Of a DNA stretch of 64,000 nt, positions 37,246 to 46,775 are shown piece after piece. Each line of letters opens with the position of its first letter. Within the stretch, counting starts at the first letter, position 1. The translations under genes were made by a program, and so were the position numbers. The notes under the pieces were generated by a model. That model was not told where the DNA came from, searched no databases, and worked only from the letters and a program-made list of their open reading frames with translations. The stretch comes from Candidatus Omnitrophota bacterium (GTDB lineage: Bacteria > Omnitrophota > Gorgyraeia > Gygaellales > Profunditerraquicolaceae): the NCBI GenBank assembly GCA_041650495.1, contig JBAZLB010000008.1, forward strand, positions 4,218-68,217, written 5' to 3'.

Positions 37246-38364
37246 ATGCCGGCAAAGGTTTCTTTATTAAAATGCGCAAGCTATGATCCGCAGGCAGTTT
37301 TTGATGCGGTTAAAAAGGCCGTAGGGCTCTTAGGCGGCATCTCTGCTTTTATAAAGCCGAAATCAAAAGTCCTGGTTAAGCCTAATCTTTTAATGGCCAA
37401 GGGCCCTGAGTCAGGCATAGTCACTCATCCTGAAGTAGTGCGGGCAGTGGTCAGGCTATTGAAGGAAAACGAATGCCGTATTTATTTGGGGGATGGACCC
37501 TGTGCTTCGGTGGAAGGGGCAGGAAAGGTCCAGGATGCATATTTAAATTCCGGGATGGCAGCAGTAGCCGGGGAAGAAGGGGTAGAATTGGTTTATTTTA
37601 ATAAAAGGCGTTGGCGGGGTAAGTTTCCCCTTACTACCTGGCTTGATGATTGTGATTATCTGGTCTCCGTGCCTAAATTTAAAACGCACGGGATGACCCT
37701 TTTGACCGGGGCAATTAAGAATTCTTACGGTTTGGTATCCGGCAGTTATAAGGCAGAATTGCATAAAAGATATTACCGCCTTCTGGATTTTGCTAAGATC
37801 GTTACGGATATTTATGCCGAAGTAAGGCCTAGCCTTACGGTTATAGACGGGATTGTAGCCATGGAAGGAGACGGACCGGCAACCAGCGGGAGCCTGCGCA
37901 ATACAGGTATATTGCTTGCCGGTTCAGATTGTGTGGCCTTGGATAGCGTATTGGCGAAGATTATGGGGATTGAGCCCGAAGACGTATTTACTACAAGGGA
38001 AGCGGCAAGAAGGGGCCTGGGTACTTCGGATATTCAGGCCATAGAGGTATGCGGGGAGAGGCTGGAGGACGTGCGGGGTGAACCTTTTAAATTACCCGCT
38101 ACTTCTTTGACTTATAAATTACCGGCACCTATAGTGGCATTTGCCTGGGGCTTGCTTAAACTTTACCCCCAACTGATACCCGAGAATTGCCTGCGCTGCG
38201 GGGACTGCGTCATCGCCTGCCCTAATAAGGTTATCTCTATGGGAGATAGAGGTATTGTCATTGATTACCGCGGCTGTATCTCCTGTTTTTGCTGTCAGGA
38301 GTCTTGTCCTGCTTCTGCCATAAGGGTGAAAAAAAGCATACTGGCAAAGGTTATGGGCCTGTAG
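37246..38364 (+). CDS. DUF362-domain protein with a C-terminal 2x[4Fe-4S] ferredoxin module.
   Basis: The N-terminus is DUF362-like, and it carries 'CLRCGDCVIACP' and 'CISCFCCQESCP'. Confidence 0.6.
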   Translation: MPAKVSLLKCASYDPQAVFDAVKKAVGLLGGISAFIKPKSKVLVKPNLLMAKGPESGIVTHPEVVRAVVRLLKENECRIYLGDGPCASVEGAGKVQDAYLNSGMAAVAGEEGVELVYFNKRRWRGKFPLTTWLDDCDYLVSVPKFKTHGMTLLTGAIKNSYGLVSGSYKAELHKRYYRLLDFAKIVTDIYAEVRPSLTVIDGIVAMEGDGPATSGSLRNTGILLAGSDCVALDSVLAKIMGIEPEDVFTTREAARRGLGTSDIQAIEVCGERLEDVRGEPFKLPATSLTYKLPAPIVAFAWGLLKLYPQLIPENCLRCGDCVIACPNKVISMGDRGIVIDYRGCISCFCCQESCPASAIRVKKSILAKVMGL

Positions 38365-38431
38365 TCCCTTGCGCATAAATTCCTGGCCTTTTAGGCTGCG
38401 GGGATTATTTTCCAGGGAGGATTGACTAGTA

Positions 38432-39043
38432 ATGGGTGACAGCGGGCTTCTTGGGTTAAGGCTTAAATTGGATGATGCAATTACCTATGGCACTTACCGG
38501 GAGTCTTTAGAGATTGCCCTGCAAGGCCTTAAGGAAGCCGAGGAGAAAGGCTATCCGGGAGAAGTAGAATATTTCAAAGGGCAACTGGATATCCTGCATG
38601 AAAAATATAACAGCGCCATTGAGCATTTTGATGCCGCCATAAAATATAACCCCGCAGACGGCGCCTCTTATAATGACCGGGCCTTGTGCATGATAGAATT
38701 AGGGATTATTGATAAGGCATTTTATTATTTTGATAAAGGCATTGAAGTAGAGCCTGATTATGCTACTATTTACCATAATAAAGGATGGCTCCTGAATAAT
38801 ATCGGCAGATATGAAGAGGCAATAGAATGTTTCCGCAAGGCCCTGGGCCTGCAGCCGATGAGGCCGGTAACGTATGACAATCTGGGGGATGCCTTGTTTA
38901 ATCTCGCGGATTATCAGGGTGCGCTGGCGGCTTATAAAAAGGTCCTGGAGTTATTAAAGCCGGATACCTGCCTTGAGATAAGAGAACAGGTGAAGGAAAG
39001 AATCAAGGAGATTAAAGAACAAAAAGGGGACGGTTCTATTTAA
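38432..39043 (+). CDS. Tetratricopeptide-repeat protein.
   Basis: It has multiple TPR units of 34 aa (W/LG/Y-A-F-A-P pattern). Confidence 0.6.
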   Translation: MGDSGLLGLRLKLDDAITYGTYRESLEIALQGLKEAEEKGYPGEVEYFKGQLDILHEKYNSAIEHFDAAIKYNPADGASYNDRALCMIELGIIDKAFYYFDKGIEVEPDYATIYHNKGWLLNNIGRYEEAIECFRKALGLQPMRPVTYDNLGDALFNLADYQGALAAYKKVLELLKPDTCLEIREQVKERIKEIKEQKGDGSI

Positions 39044-39190
39044 TCTATCCCCGTTAGCTAAGCGCTGCGTGGATCGTGTATCCCTTGTCTAAGCGCCTGG
39101 AGATTTCTTCGAAATCTTCATCGCAGGCTTCGGGATAATTCGCCCAGACAACTTATGTTCACTACCGTTCCATAAGTTGTGGGCTCGTTA
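39044..39190 (+). repeat. Structured intergenic repeat, copy C. It ends 12 nt before the mtnA ATG.
   Basis: It shares the 'CCCCGTTAGCTAAGCGCTGCGTGGATCGTGTATCCCTT' block (one mismatch to copy A2), the 'CGCAGGCTTCGGGATAATTCGC' core and a hairpin 'ACAACTTATG..CATAAGTTGT' with a compensatory change. Confidence 0.8.
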
Positions 39191-39202
39191 AAAGGAGCAA
39201 GG

Positions 39203-40252
39203 ATGAAAGAGATTACGACTATAAAATGGCAGAATAATGCTATCAGAATTATCGATCAGACAAAATTACCGGGTGAATTGCGTTATTTGTATATCAATAA
39301 CCTTAAAGACCTGTGGCAAGCGGTAAAGATAATGCAGGTAAGAGGTGCTCCGGCGTTAGGGGCTGCCGCAGCCTTGGGGGTATACTTAGGTATCAGGGGC
39401 TCGCGGGCAAATAACTTTCTCCAATTTAAGAGAGAGTTGGATAAGGTGATTAAGTATTTAGCCTCCAGTCGGCCCACGGCCAGAAATCTGTTTTGGGGCC
39501 TGGAGAGGATGAGGCGTTTGGCTGAAGAAAATAAGGCAAAACCGGTTGTGAAAATAAAAAAGGCTTTATGGCAGGAGGCAAATAATATAATTGAGGAAGA
39601 CAGGACTGTCTGCCGCAGGATCGGGTACTTCGGTGCAAAATTAATCCGGGACAATGATACGATATTGACTGTTTGTAATGCCGGGATACTAGCTACTATT
39701 GATTACGGTACTGCTTTAGGGGTGATTTATAAAGCAAAGCAGGAAGGTAAGCGTATAAAAGTATTTGCCTGCGAAACCAGGCCGATGCTGCAGGGCGCGC
39801 GTCTTACTTCCTGGGAGTTGCAGAAGAAAGGCATTGATGTTACTCTTATCTGCGATAATATGGCTGCCTGTTTGATGAAGCAGGGAAGGATTGATAAGGT
39901 CATTACCGGTGCTGACAGGATCGCCTTAAACGGCGATACTGCCAATAAGATCGGTACGTATAACCTAGCGGTATTAAGCCATTACCACAATATCCCCTTT
40001 TATATTGCAGCCCCCGTTTCTACCTTTGATTTTAGATTGGCTTGCGGCACTCATATTCCCATTGAAGAGCGCCCGGCAGAGGAACTTACCAGTTTATTTT
40101 TTCGCAAGCCTATCGCGGCTTCGGGGGTCAAGGTTTTTAACCCCTGTTTTGATGTTACTCCTTCTAAACTGATAAGTGCGATCATTACCGATAAGGGCAT
40201 TATCCGTCCGCCATACCGGAAAAATATCCTGAAATTAAAAAAAGCTCCATAA
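39203..40252 (+). CDS. mtnA: S-methyl-5-thioribose-1-phosphate isomerase (eIF-2B alpha/beta/delta family).
   Basis: It has 'IIDQTKLP', 'GAPALGAAAALG' and 'GADRIALNGDTANKIGTY'. The track ORF starts on GTG inside the repeat, so the ATG at 39203 with RBS 'AAGGAG' is preferred. Confidence 0.85.
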   Translation: MKEITTIKWQNNAIRIIDQTKLPGELRYLYINNLKDLWQAVKIMQVRGAPALGAAAALGVYLGIRGSRANNFLQFKRELDKVIKYLASSRPTARNLFWGLERMRRLAEENKAKPVVKIKKALWQEANNIIEEDRTVCRRIGYFGAKLIRDNDTILTVCNAGILATIDYGTALGVIYKAKQEGKRIKVFACETRPMLQGARLTSWELQKKGIDVTLICDNMAACLMKQGRIDKVITGADRIALNGDTANKIGTYNLAVLSHYHNIPFYIAAPVSTFDFRLACGTHIPIEERPAEELTSLFFRKPIAASGVKVFNPCFDVTPSKLISAIITDKGIIRPPYRKNILKLKKAP

Positions 40253-40267
40253 AATAGATAAGCGCAA

Positions 40268-41164
40268 ATGAAGATTACTGAATTAGGGGAATTCGGCCTG
40301 ATTGAACGGATAAAAAAATCCTTTAAGACAGGCAAGACAGTAGTGAAGGGGGTCGGAGATGACTGTGCGGTCCTGGAATTCGATAAGTCCAGGTATCAGC
40401 TTTTTACCTGCGATATGCTGGTGGAAGGGGTAGATTTTACCGCGCGGCAAAAGCCTTATTTGATAGGCAGGAAATCTCTGGCAGTATCCCTTAGCGATAT
40501 CGCCGCCTGTGCGGGGATTCCGCGTTATGCGGTTATCTCTTTGGGTATACCTGAGAAAACCACCGTGTCCTATCTTGATAAATTTATACAGGGGTTAAAA
40601 GATATTGCCCGGGAATTCAAGGTGGACATAGTAGGGGGGGATATAAGCCGCTCAGGCCGCCTTACTGTCGACCTTAGCCTCCTGGGCCTGGTAGAAAAGA
40701 AACGTCTGGTTTTACGCTGCGGGGCAAAGCCTGGGGATATAATCTTTGTCAGCGGCACGCTTGGCGGTTCTATAAATGGGAGGCATCTTAAATTCAGGCC
40801 GCGCATAAACGAGGCGCGGTATCTAGCGGAAAATTTCAAAATAAATTCTATGATAGATATCTCCGACGGTCTCGCCCAGGATTTAGGGCATATTCTCAAA
40901 GAAAGCCGGGCAGGGGCAGTAGTTTATAGCCGTCTGATACCGCAGGATAAATCCTGCCGGGGCATAGAGGATGCGCTTTATAGCGGGGAGGATTTTGAGC
41001 TGCTCTTTAGCCTTTCACCTAAGGAAGCAGGCAGGCTGCTTAATAAAAAGAGCCGCATTTTTTCCCCTATAGGATATATAACTGCTCAGTCTGAGAAGCT
41101 GGTGTTAGTTTGTAGAGGCGGCAGGGAGGAAGTTATAAAGCCGCATGGGTATTGTCATTTCTAA
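40268..41164 (+). CDS. thiL: Thiamine-monophosphate kinase.
   Basis: It has AIR-synthase-related folds and begins 'LGEFGLIERI...GDDCAV'. Confidence 0.8.
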   Translation: MKITELGEFGLIERIKKSFKTGKTVVKGVGDDCAVLEFDKSRYQLFTCDMLVEGVDFTARQKPYLIGRKSLAVSLSDIAACAGIPRYAVISLGIPEKTTVSYLDKFIQGLKDIAREFKVDIVGGDISRSGRLTVDLSLLGLVEKKRLVLRCGAKPGDIIFVSGTLGGSINGRHLKFRPRINEARYLAENFKINSMIDISDGLAQDLGHILKESRAGAVVYSRLIPQDKSCRGIEDALYSGEDFELLFSLSPKEAGRLLNKKSRIFSPIGYITAQSEKLVLVCRGGREEVIKPHGYCHF

Positions 41165-41636
41165 TATGCGCATACTTTCTAATTCAGTTGACCATACCAT
41201 AAAGATAGGCAGGCGATTAGCCGCGAGGTTAAAGAAGGGGGATATTGTTTGTCTTACCGGCCCGTTAGGTTCCGGCAAGACTGTCTTGGCTAAAGGTATT
41301 GCCGGGAGCCTGGGCATAAAACAAGGAGCAGTTATCAGCCCGACATTCGTTTTGATCAGGGAATATAAAGGCCGTAACATCCCCCTTTATCATTTTGACC
41401 TCTATCGCCTGGACTCTCCCCAAGATATACTCGCATTAGGCTACGAAGAGTATCTTTATGACGAAGGGATAACGGTCATTGAATGGCCGGAAAGATTAAG
41501 TTATCTTATGCCGGAGGAGTATCTTATGGTAAAATTAAGTATGCCATCCTTAAACCGGCGTTATCTTCAATTCAGCGCACAGGGTAACCGCTATAAAGGA
41601 CTCTTGAGGCAGATATATGAAGATATTCGGAATTGA
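41145..41636 (+). CDS. tsaE: tRNA threonylcarbamoyladenosine biosynthesis protein TsaE.
   Basis: It has the P-loop 'LTGPLGSGKT' and 'HFDLYRL'. Confidence 0.85.
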   Translation: MGIVISNMRILSNSVDHTIKIGRRLAARLKKGDIVCLTGPLGSGKTVLAKGIAGSLGIKQGAVISPTFVLIREYKGRNIPLYHFDLYRLDSPQDILALGYEEYLYDEGITVIEWPERLSYLMPEEYLMVKLSMPSLNRRYLQFSAQGNRYKGLLRQIYEDIRN

Positions 41637-42312
41637 TACTACCAGCAAATTTCTATGCGTGGGGGCTTATGATAACGGCAGGATTTATGATTATAACCTG
41701 CAGGCAGGGGTCCGGCATTCGTCTTTACTTGTACCGGCAATAAAAAGGATCACCGGGGCACTCGGCTGGGACCTGGATGATATTGATTATTTTGCCTGCG
41801 GAATCGGACCGGGTTCATTTACGGGGATACGCGTGGGCATGGCTACTATTAAGGCCTTGGCCTGGTCATTAAGAAAACCGCTGGTAGGCGTATCCAGCCT
41901 TGAGATAATAGCAAGGAATTTTAAGATTAAAGAAGGCACTATTATTCCCGTTATTGACGCTAAAAGAAACCTTGTTTACGCCAGCGCCTTCAGGATTAGG
42001 GGTGAGAGTTTGAGCAGGGTAATGCCTTATATGCTTTTGGGTGTCGGGGAATTATGTAAGAAATTTAAAGGCAATGTATTTGTCCTTGGTGATGCCTTAA
42101 CTAAATACCGGATGCAGATTACCCGGGATATGCCCAAGGCTGTTATATTAGATGCAGATTATTGGTATCCTCAAGGGCATAATATTATCCGCTCTGCGCT
42201 GAATAATATTAAGGATAGGAAGATAGATACTGCCTACAGTATAAAGCCCGTATATCTTTATCCGAAAGAATGCCAGATCAGAGAAAATATAAAGCCGAGG
42301 AGAAAGAGATGA
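41617..42312 (+). CDS. tsaB: tRNA threonylcarbamoyladenosine biosynthesis protein TsaB.
   Basis: It begins 'ILGIDTT' with a YeaZ-like ASKHA fold, and it follows tsaE. Confidence 0.85.
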   Translation: MKIFGIDTTSKFLCVGAYDNGRIYDYNLQAGVRHSSLLVPAIKRITGALGWDLDDIDYFACGIGPGSFTGIRVGMATIKALAWSLRKPLVGVSSLEIIARNFKIKEGTIIPVIDAKRNLVYASAFRIRGESLSRVMPYMLLGVGELCKKFKGNVFVLGDALTKYRMQITRDMPKAVILDADYWYPQGHNIIRSALNNIKDRKIDTAYSIKPVYLYPKECQIRENIKPRRKR

Positions 42313-43436
42313 AAGAAATATCCAAGGCTATTGGTTATCGTCCTACATGGGCGCAGGTGAATCTGGACAATATCGCCTATAACTTTGCACAGATAAGGAA
42401 TAAATTCTCACCCGGGCTTAAGATTATGTCCACGGTAAAAGCGGATGCCTATGGCCACGGGCTCATGCCGGTAGCTAAAAGGCTGGCAGCCTGCGGCACT
42501 GATTATTTCGGGGTGGCTTCCATCGATGAAGGTATCCAGTTAAGGAGAATAGGGATTAAAATCCCGATTTTGGTCCTGGGGTTGATACTAAAAGGTGATA
42601 TCGCCCCGCTTTTTAAGTATAACCTTATTCCTACCGTTTGCACGAAGGAGTTGGCCTCTGTTATAAATAAAATGGCTGCTCAGAAGGGCAGGCCTTTTAA
42701 GATCCATGTCAAGGTGGATACGGGCATGGGCAGGATAGGCGTATTGCAGGAAGATGCGGATAAACTTATTGAGGGTATACACCGTATGAAGTTTATAAAC
42801 ATAGAAGGCCTGTTTACGCATTTTGCCTTTGCGGACATGAATAAGAAGTTTACGCTCTATCAGATAGGGTTATTCAATAGATTGATAGCTAAGCTCAAGA
42901 AAAAAGGAATTCATATCCGGCTTATCCACGCCGCAAACAGCATGGGCATCCTGGGCTATAAAGAAAGCCATTTTAATATGGTCAGGCCCGGTCTGATTCT
43001 TTACGGCCTTTATCCGCGTCCGGGGCTGGGCGTTAAGTTAAGGCCGGCCTTAAGCCTGAAAAGCAGGGTGGTTTATTTAAAGAGGACGCCTAAAGGCTGC
43101 GGCATAAGTTACGGCCATATCTATATCACCAAGAAAGAAACTACCGTTGTGACCATCCCTATTGGTTACGGAGACGGTTATCCGCGTAATCTTTCTAATA
43201 AAGCCCCTGTCCTTATCCGCGGCAGGTCCTTTAATATAAGCGGGAGAATATGCATGGACCAGATAATGGTTGATGTGGGGAATATGCCTGTGAAATTAGG
43301 GGATGAGGTTGTGCTTATCGGGACTCAAAAGAAGAGAAGTGTCAGTGTAGAAAGATTAGCTTTTTTGTCCGGGACTATCCCCTATGAAATAGTCTGCGGC
43401 CTGGGAAGCCGTGTACCCCGTATCTACGAAGGCTGA
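42309..43436 (+). CDS. alr: Alanine racemase.
   Basis: The PLP-lysine motif is 'VKADAYGHG'. The track start at 42270 overlaps tsaB, so the ATG at 42309 is preferred. Confidence 0.9.
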   Translation: MKEISKAIGYRPTWAQVNLDNIAYNFAQIRNKFSPGLKIMSTVKADAYGHGLMPVAKRLAACGTDYFGVASIDEGIQLRRIGIKIPILVLGLILKGDIAPLFKYNLIPTVCTKELASVINKMAAQKGRPFKIHVKVDTGMGRIGVLQEDADKLIEGIHRMKFINIEGLFTHFAFADMNKKFTLYQIGLFNRLIAKLKKKGIHIRLIHAANSMGILGYKESHFNMVRPGLILYGLYPRPGLGVKLRPALSLKSRVVYLKRTPKGCGISYGHIYITKKETTVVTIPIGYGDGYPRNLSNKAPVLIRGRSFNISGRICMDQIMVDVGNMPVKLGDEVVLIGTQKKRSVSVERLAFLSGTIPYEIVCGLGSRVPRIYEG

Positions 43437-43444
43437 TAGAAACT

Positions 43445-44545
43445 CTACGGCAAGGTACGGATAAGATATAAGGCTGCAGTAAGGGCAATGCAGTGGCTCA
43501 GGGATGCGGCAAGAACAGGTGGCAGCAGGCCTGCTTTGCCCAAGGCAATACCAACCGCGTTTAATACATAATAGAGAAAACCCACCATAATCGATAACCC
43601 TACCGAAGAAAGCCCGGTGGCCCGTTTTTTCATCCGCAGGGAAAATGGTATCGCCAGCATCATCATCACCGCGCTGGTCAGGGGAAAAGTAAATCTTTGA
43701 TACAGGTCGACTTTTAAGTTGCGGATTACGGTAGTAGCCCCGCTTTTAGAAAGCCGCCACATATATTCGTCAATCTGGGCTATGTCCATTAAATCAGGGC
43801 GCAGCCTCTGATTCAGGAAGTCGGCAGGGGTTTCCGGGATGGTCATGGTTTCTTCTTCAAAATAGGTAGGTTCTTCTTTGATCTGGACATTCTCGTCAAA
43901 GTTATAAGTGATGCACTGATAGAATTTCCATACCCCTTCGTTGTGTACCCCTTTATTTGCCACTATCTTCCTGGTAATATTCTGTTGCTCATCGTGTTCC
44001 AGTATGGTTATGCCCTCCATGGTATTGGTATCGGGGTAAAACCTGTTGATGAAGAAAAGCCGGTTTTTTATTCCATAGATGGAAAGATTGGTGATGACCT
44101 GCCGTTCTTTTTTATGCGTCTTTTTGCTCTGGGTCTCCATCTGTTCCTTGAATTTCTGGTTGATGGCCATGGAACCGGGGACAAATTTATCATTTACCCA
44201 GAATACCAGCGAACTGACGATAATCCCGAATATGATTACGGATTTGGATATGTCGTATATGCTTAAGCCGGATGAGCGCATGGCGATGATTTCGTTGTTG
44301 CGGTTGAGCGCGCCGAAGGTATAGAGGGTGGCGATCAGGCAGGCGACAGGAGAGACCTGCACGAAGATAATCGGCATGTAAGATAAGTAATATTTCCCTA
44401 AAATATTCCAGTTGCTCAGTTGTTTTAATATGTCTTCTAAGTGGGAAAAGATGTCAATGATGACATAAAGGAAAAGGAAGGTCGTGAGACAGCCGAAAAA
44501 GACAGAAAATACCGATTTGGTGATATAGCGGTCTAGGATGCGCAT
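43445..44545 (-). CDS. lptG: LPS export ABC transporter permease LptG.
   Basis: It belongs to the YjgP/YjgQ family with six TM helices and a periplasmic beta-jellyroll. It is the second gene of the pair. Confidence 0.8.
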   Translation of the reverse strand: MRILDRYITKSVFSVFFGCLTTFLFLYVIIDIFSHLEDILKQLSNWNILGKYYLSYMPIIFVQVSPVACLIATLYTFGALNRNNEIIAMRSSGLSIYDISKSVIIFGIIVSSLVFWVNDKFVPGSMAINQKFKEQMETQSKKTHKKERQVITNLSIYGIKNRLFFINRFYPDTNTMEGITILEHDEQQNITRKIVANKGVHNEGVWKFYQCITYNFDENVQIKEEPTYFEEETMTIPETPADFLNQRLRPDLMDIAQIDEYMWRLSKSGATTVIRNLKVDLYQRFTFPLTSAVMMMLAIPFSLRMKKRATGLSSVGLSIMVGFLYYVLNAVGIALGKAGLLPPVLAASLSHCIALTAALYLIRTLP

Positions 44546-45630
44546 AGTCTATAGGTGAGGAATGAGCCGATGATCCCTAAGATGATATTGGGCAGCCACA
44601 TTGCGATAATCGGCTTAAGATAGCCCTGCAGGCTCAGGGCCTCTGAACCGATAAGCAGCAGGTAATATACGCCTACTATAAGGAAGGCTATCCCGAAATT
44701 AATGGATTTTTCGCGCCTTCGGGTGATTATAGCCATGGGCGCTCCCAGGAGTATAAAGACTACGCAGGAAAAAGCCAGTGATATCTTGGCGTGGATTTCT
44801 GTGATCATCGGGGTGGGGTCGATATTTTCTTTTTTGAGTTTGGCTATTTCTTTTTGCAGTTCCGCTATACTCATATCTTTGGGTTTCTTTTCTATCTTTC
44901 CCTTGTCCTGGTTCTGGTTCGGGTTAAGGGTCATGAAATAAGTCTTAAAGTTAAGTTTATAGAAATTAGAAGGATTCTGTGGGTCCGGTTCATCCGATGT
45001 GCCGTCCATAAGCTTGAGTTTTATCATATTTGTCCCGGGGACGGAAATGAATTCTCCTTTTCTGGCGATTATCGTGCGCGTGGGTTTATCTTCTCCCTGC
45101 GGTTCATATATGCGCACATTGATAAGTTTATTCTGTTCTATACGGTAGATAAACAAAACGTATTTTTCGAAAGAATTGATGAATACCCCCGGCTCAAGCA
45201 TGGCAGTAGGGTTTTTTATGCCTACCTCGATCAGGGTCTTTCTCGAGGCATAATGCGCGTAGGGTATGAATTTATCGTTGAATATTACAAGCAGCAGGCT
45301 GATGATTATGCCTACTATAAGCAGGGGCGCTACCAGGCTGAAGATATTTATACCGCTTGCCCTTATAGCCACGATTTCATTATCTCCGGAAAGCCTGCCC
45401 AGGGATAACAGGACCCCGGTAAGCGCTGCGATAGGCAGGGTATAGGTAAGAAGGTAGGGCACCATAAAGAGAAAGAGCTTTGATACGTTGATGAAATCTA
45501 CCCCTTTATTGATCACCAGGTCTGCGATTTTAATCAGGTTTCCTAAAAGCATGACAAAGGTCAATACCCCTAAGGCCAGGAAGAGCGGTCCGATGAATTC
45601 TTTCAGGAAATAAGTCCTTAGTATTCTCAT
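44533..45630 (-). CDS. lptF: LPS export ABC transporter permease LptF.
   Basis: It belongs to the YjgP/YjgQ family and is the first gene of the pair. Confidence 0.8.
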   Translation of the reverse strand: MRILRTYFLKEFIGPLFLALGVLTFVMLLGNLIKIADLVINKGVDFINVSKLFLFMVPYLLTYTLPIAALTGVLLSLGRLSGDNEIVAIRASGINIFSLVAPLLIVGIIISLLLVIFNDKFIPYAHYASRKTLIEVGIKNPTAMLEPGVFINSFEKYVLFIYRIEQNKLINVRIYEPQGEDKPTRTIIARKGEFISVPGTNMIKLKLMDGTSDEPDPQNPSNFYKLNFKTYFMTLNPNQNQDKGKIEKKPKDMSIAELQKEIAKLKKENIDPTPMITEIHAKISLAFSCVVFILLGAPMAIITRRREKSINFGIAFLIVGVYYLLLIGSEALSLQGYLKPIIAMWLPNIILGIIGSFLTYRLCAS

Positions 45631-45723
45631 TTTAGGCTTTTTGCGGCAGGGATTATACGCAAATGGCCTGCATGTTCTTGCTGCAGGCCAAAAGGTTATG
45701 CCGCATATTTTTGTTTTTTATGT

Positions 45724-46542
45724 TTAGTTAGCCAGGGTCAGGACAAAGACTATATTAGCTCCGGCATTCTTCAAGGCGTAAGCGGCCTCAGAAGAGGTGG
45801 CCCCTGTAGTTAGCACGTCATCAACCAGCAGTATGTTTCTGTGGCGTATTCCATCTTCATCTGTCACCGAGAAGCTGTCTTTGACGTTCATAAAGCGCTC
45901 CTGAGTTTCCAGCTCTGTCTGTGTCCTGGTGTAACGCGTGCGCACTAAGATATTATCCAGCACCTCTTTGTTGAATTCCCCGGCAATATGTTCGCTTAAT
46001 ACCTGGGCCTGATTGAATTCCCTTTCCCGCATCCTGGATCTATAGAGCGGCATAGGGATGATATAATCAAGGGGGTCCAGGGGTAAGTTATATTCTTTGA
46101 TGAATTCAATCATCAGTCTGCTCAAGGTCTGGCCGAGGTAATCTTTATTTTTATATTTAAAATCATGGATTAGGTCTTTGAGGACCCCATCGTATGCGCA
46201 AGGGCTGAAGGCGCGGTCGAAATACAAAGGCTGCCTGAGGCAGGTGAGGCATATATTTTTTATAAAATTATTCCTTTCCAGATGCCTGCCGCAGGAGTGG
46301 CAGAAGGGAGGTATGTTTTTCTTTATCTGTCCCCAGCACTGCGCACAGATAACTTCATCAAGAGATGCCGTATCCTTGAGGCTTTTTTTGCATATCGTGC
46401 AGATTCTGGGATAGACTATATCCTTGAGGCCGCTGAGGAGGTTATTAAAGATACCTTTTTGTCCCGGATTGATTCTATTATGGCCGGGGGCATTGACCCC
46501 CCCTGGAATCACTAAATTGTCCTTTTGGTCAAATTTAGCCAT
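45724..46542 (-). CDS. comF: ComF-family protein (double zinc ribbon plus phosphoribosyltransferase domain).
   Basis: It has N-terminal CxxC pairs and the C-terminal PRTase motif 'ILLVDDVLTTGAT'. Confidence 0.75.
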   Translation of the reverse strand: MAKFDQKDNLVIPGGVNAPGHNRINPGQKGIFNNLLSGLKDIVYPRICTICKKSLKDTASLDEVICAQCWGQIKKNIPPFCHSCGRHLERNNFIKNICLTCLRQPLYFDRAFSPCAYDGVLKDLIHDFKYKNKDYLGQTLSRLMIEFIKEYNLPLDPLDYIIPMPLYRSRMREREFNQAQVLSEHIAGEFNKEVLDNILVRTRYTRTQTELETQERFMNVKDSFSVTDEDGIRHRNILLVDDVLTTGATSSEAAYALKNAGANIVFVLTLAN

Positions 46543-46681
46543 TTTATCCTCCTTCGGGGGACTGCCTCTTCATTGAGGCCCCTCTGTTCTTAGAATAGAA
46601 GTTATCTTATCCTTACTCTTCATATCATAACAGTGAAATTATATTTTGTCAAATTATTACAATATATCATCTTGTTACTTT

Positions 46682-46728
46682 GTGTGTCTTGTGTCCTTGT
46701 GACCTTGTGTCCTGGTGACCTTACGTGG
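46682..46728 (+). repeat. Five to six tandem degenerate 8-bp units (CTTGTGNC) immediately upstream of the pyrE -35 element.
   Basis: The units are 'TGTGTCT TGTGTCC TTGTGACC TTGTGTCC TGGTGACC TTACGTGG'. Confidence 0.6.
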
Positions 46729-46737
46729 CGAATGTAT

Positions 46738-46766
46738 TTGACAGGTATATGCCAAGATAGTAAAAT
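46738..46766 (+). promoter_or_regulatory. Sigma70-type promoter of pyrE (TTGACA-N17-TAAAAT).
   Basis: The -35 'TTGACA' lies at 46738-46743 and the -10 'TAAAAT' at 46761-46766, with a 17-nt spacer. The ATG at 46776 makes the mRNA near-leaderless. Confidence 0.5.
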
Positions 46767-46775
46767 AATCATACT

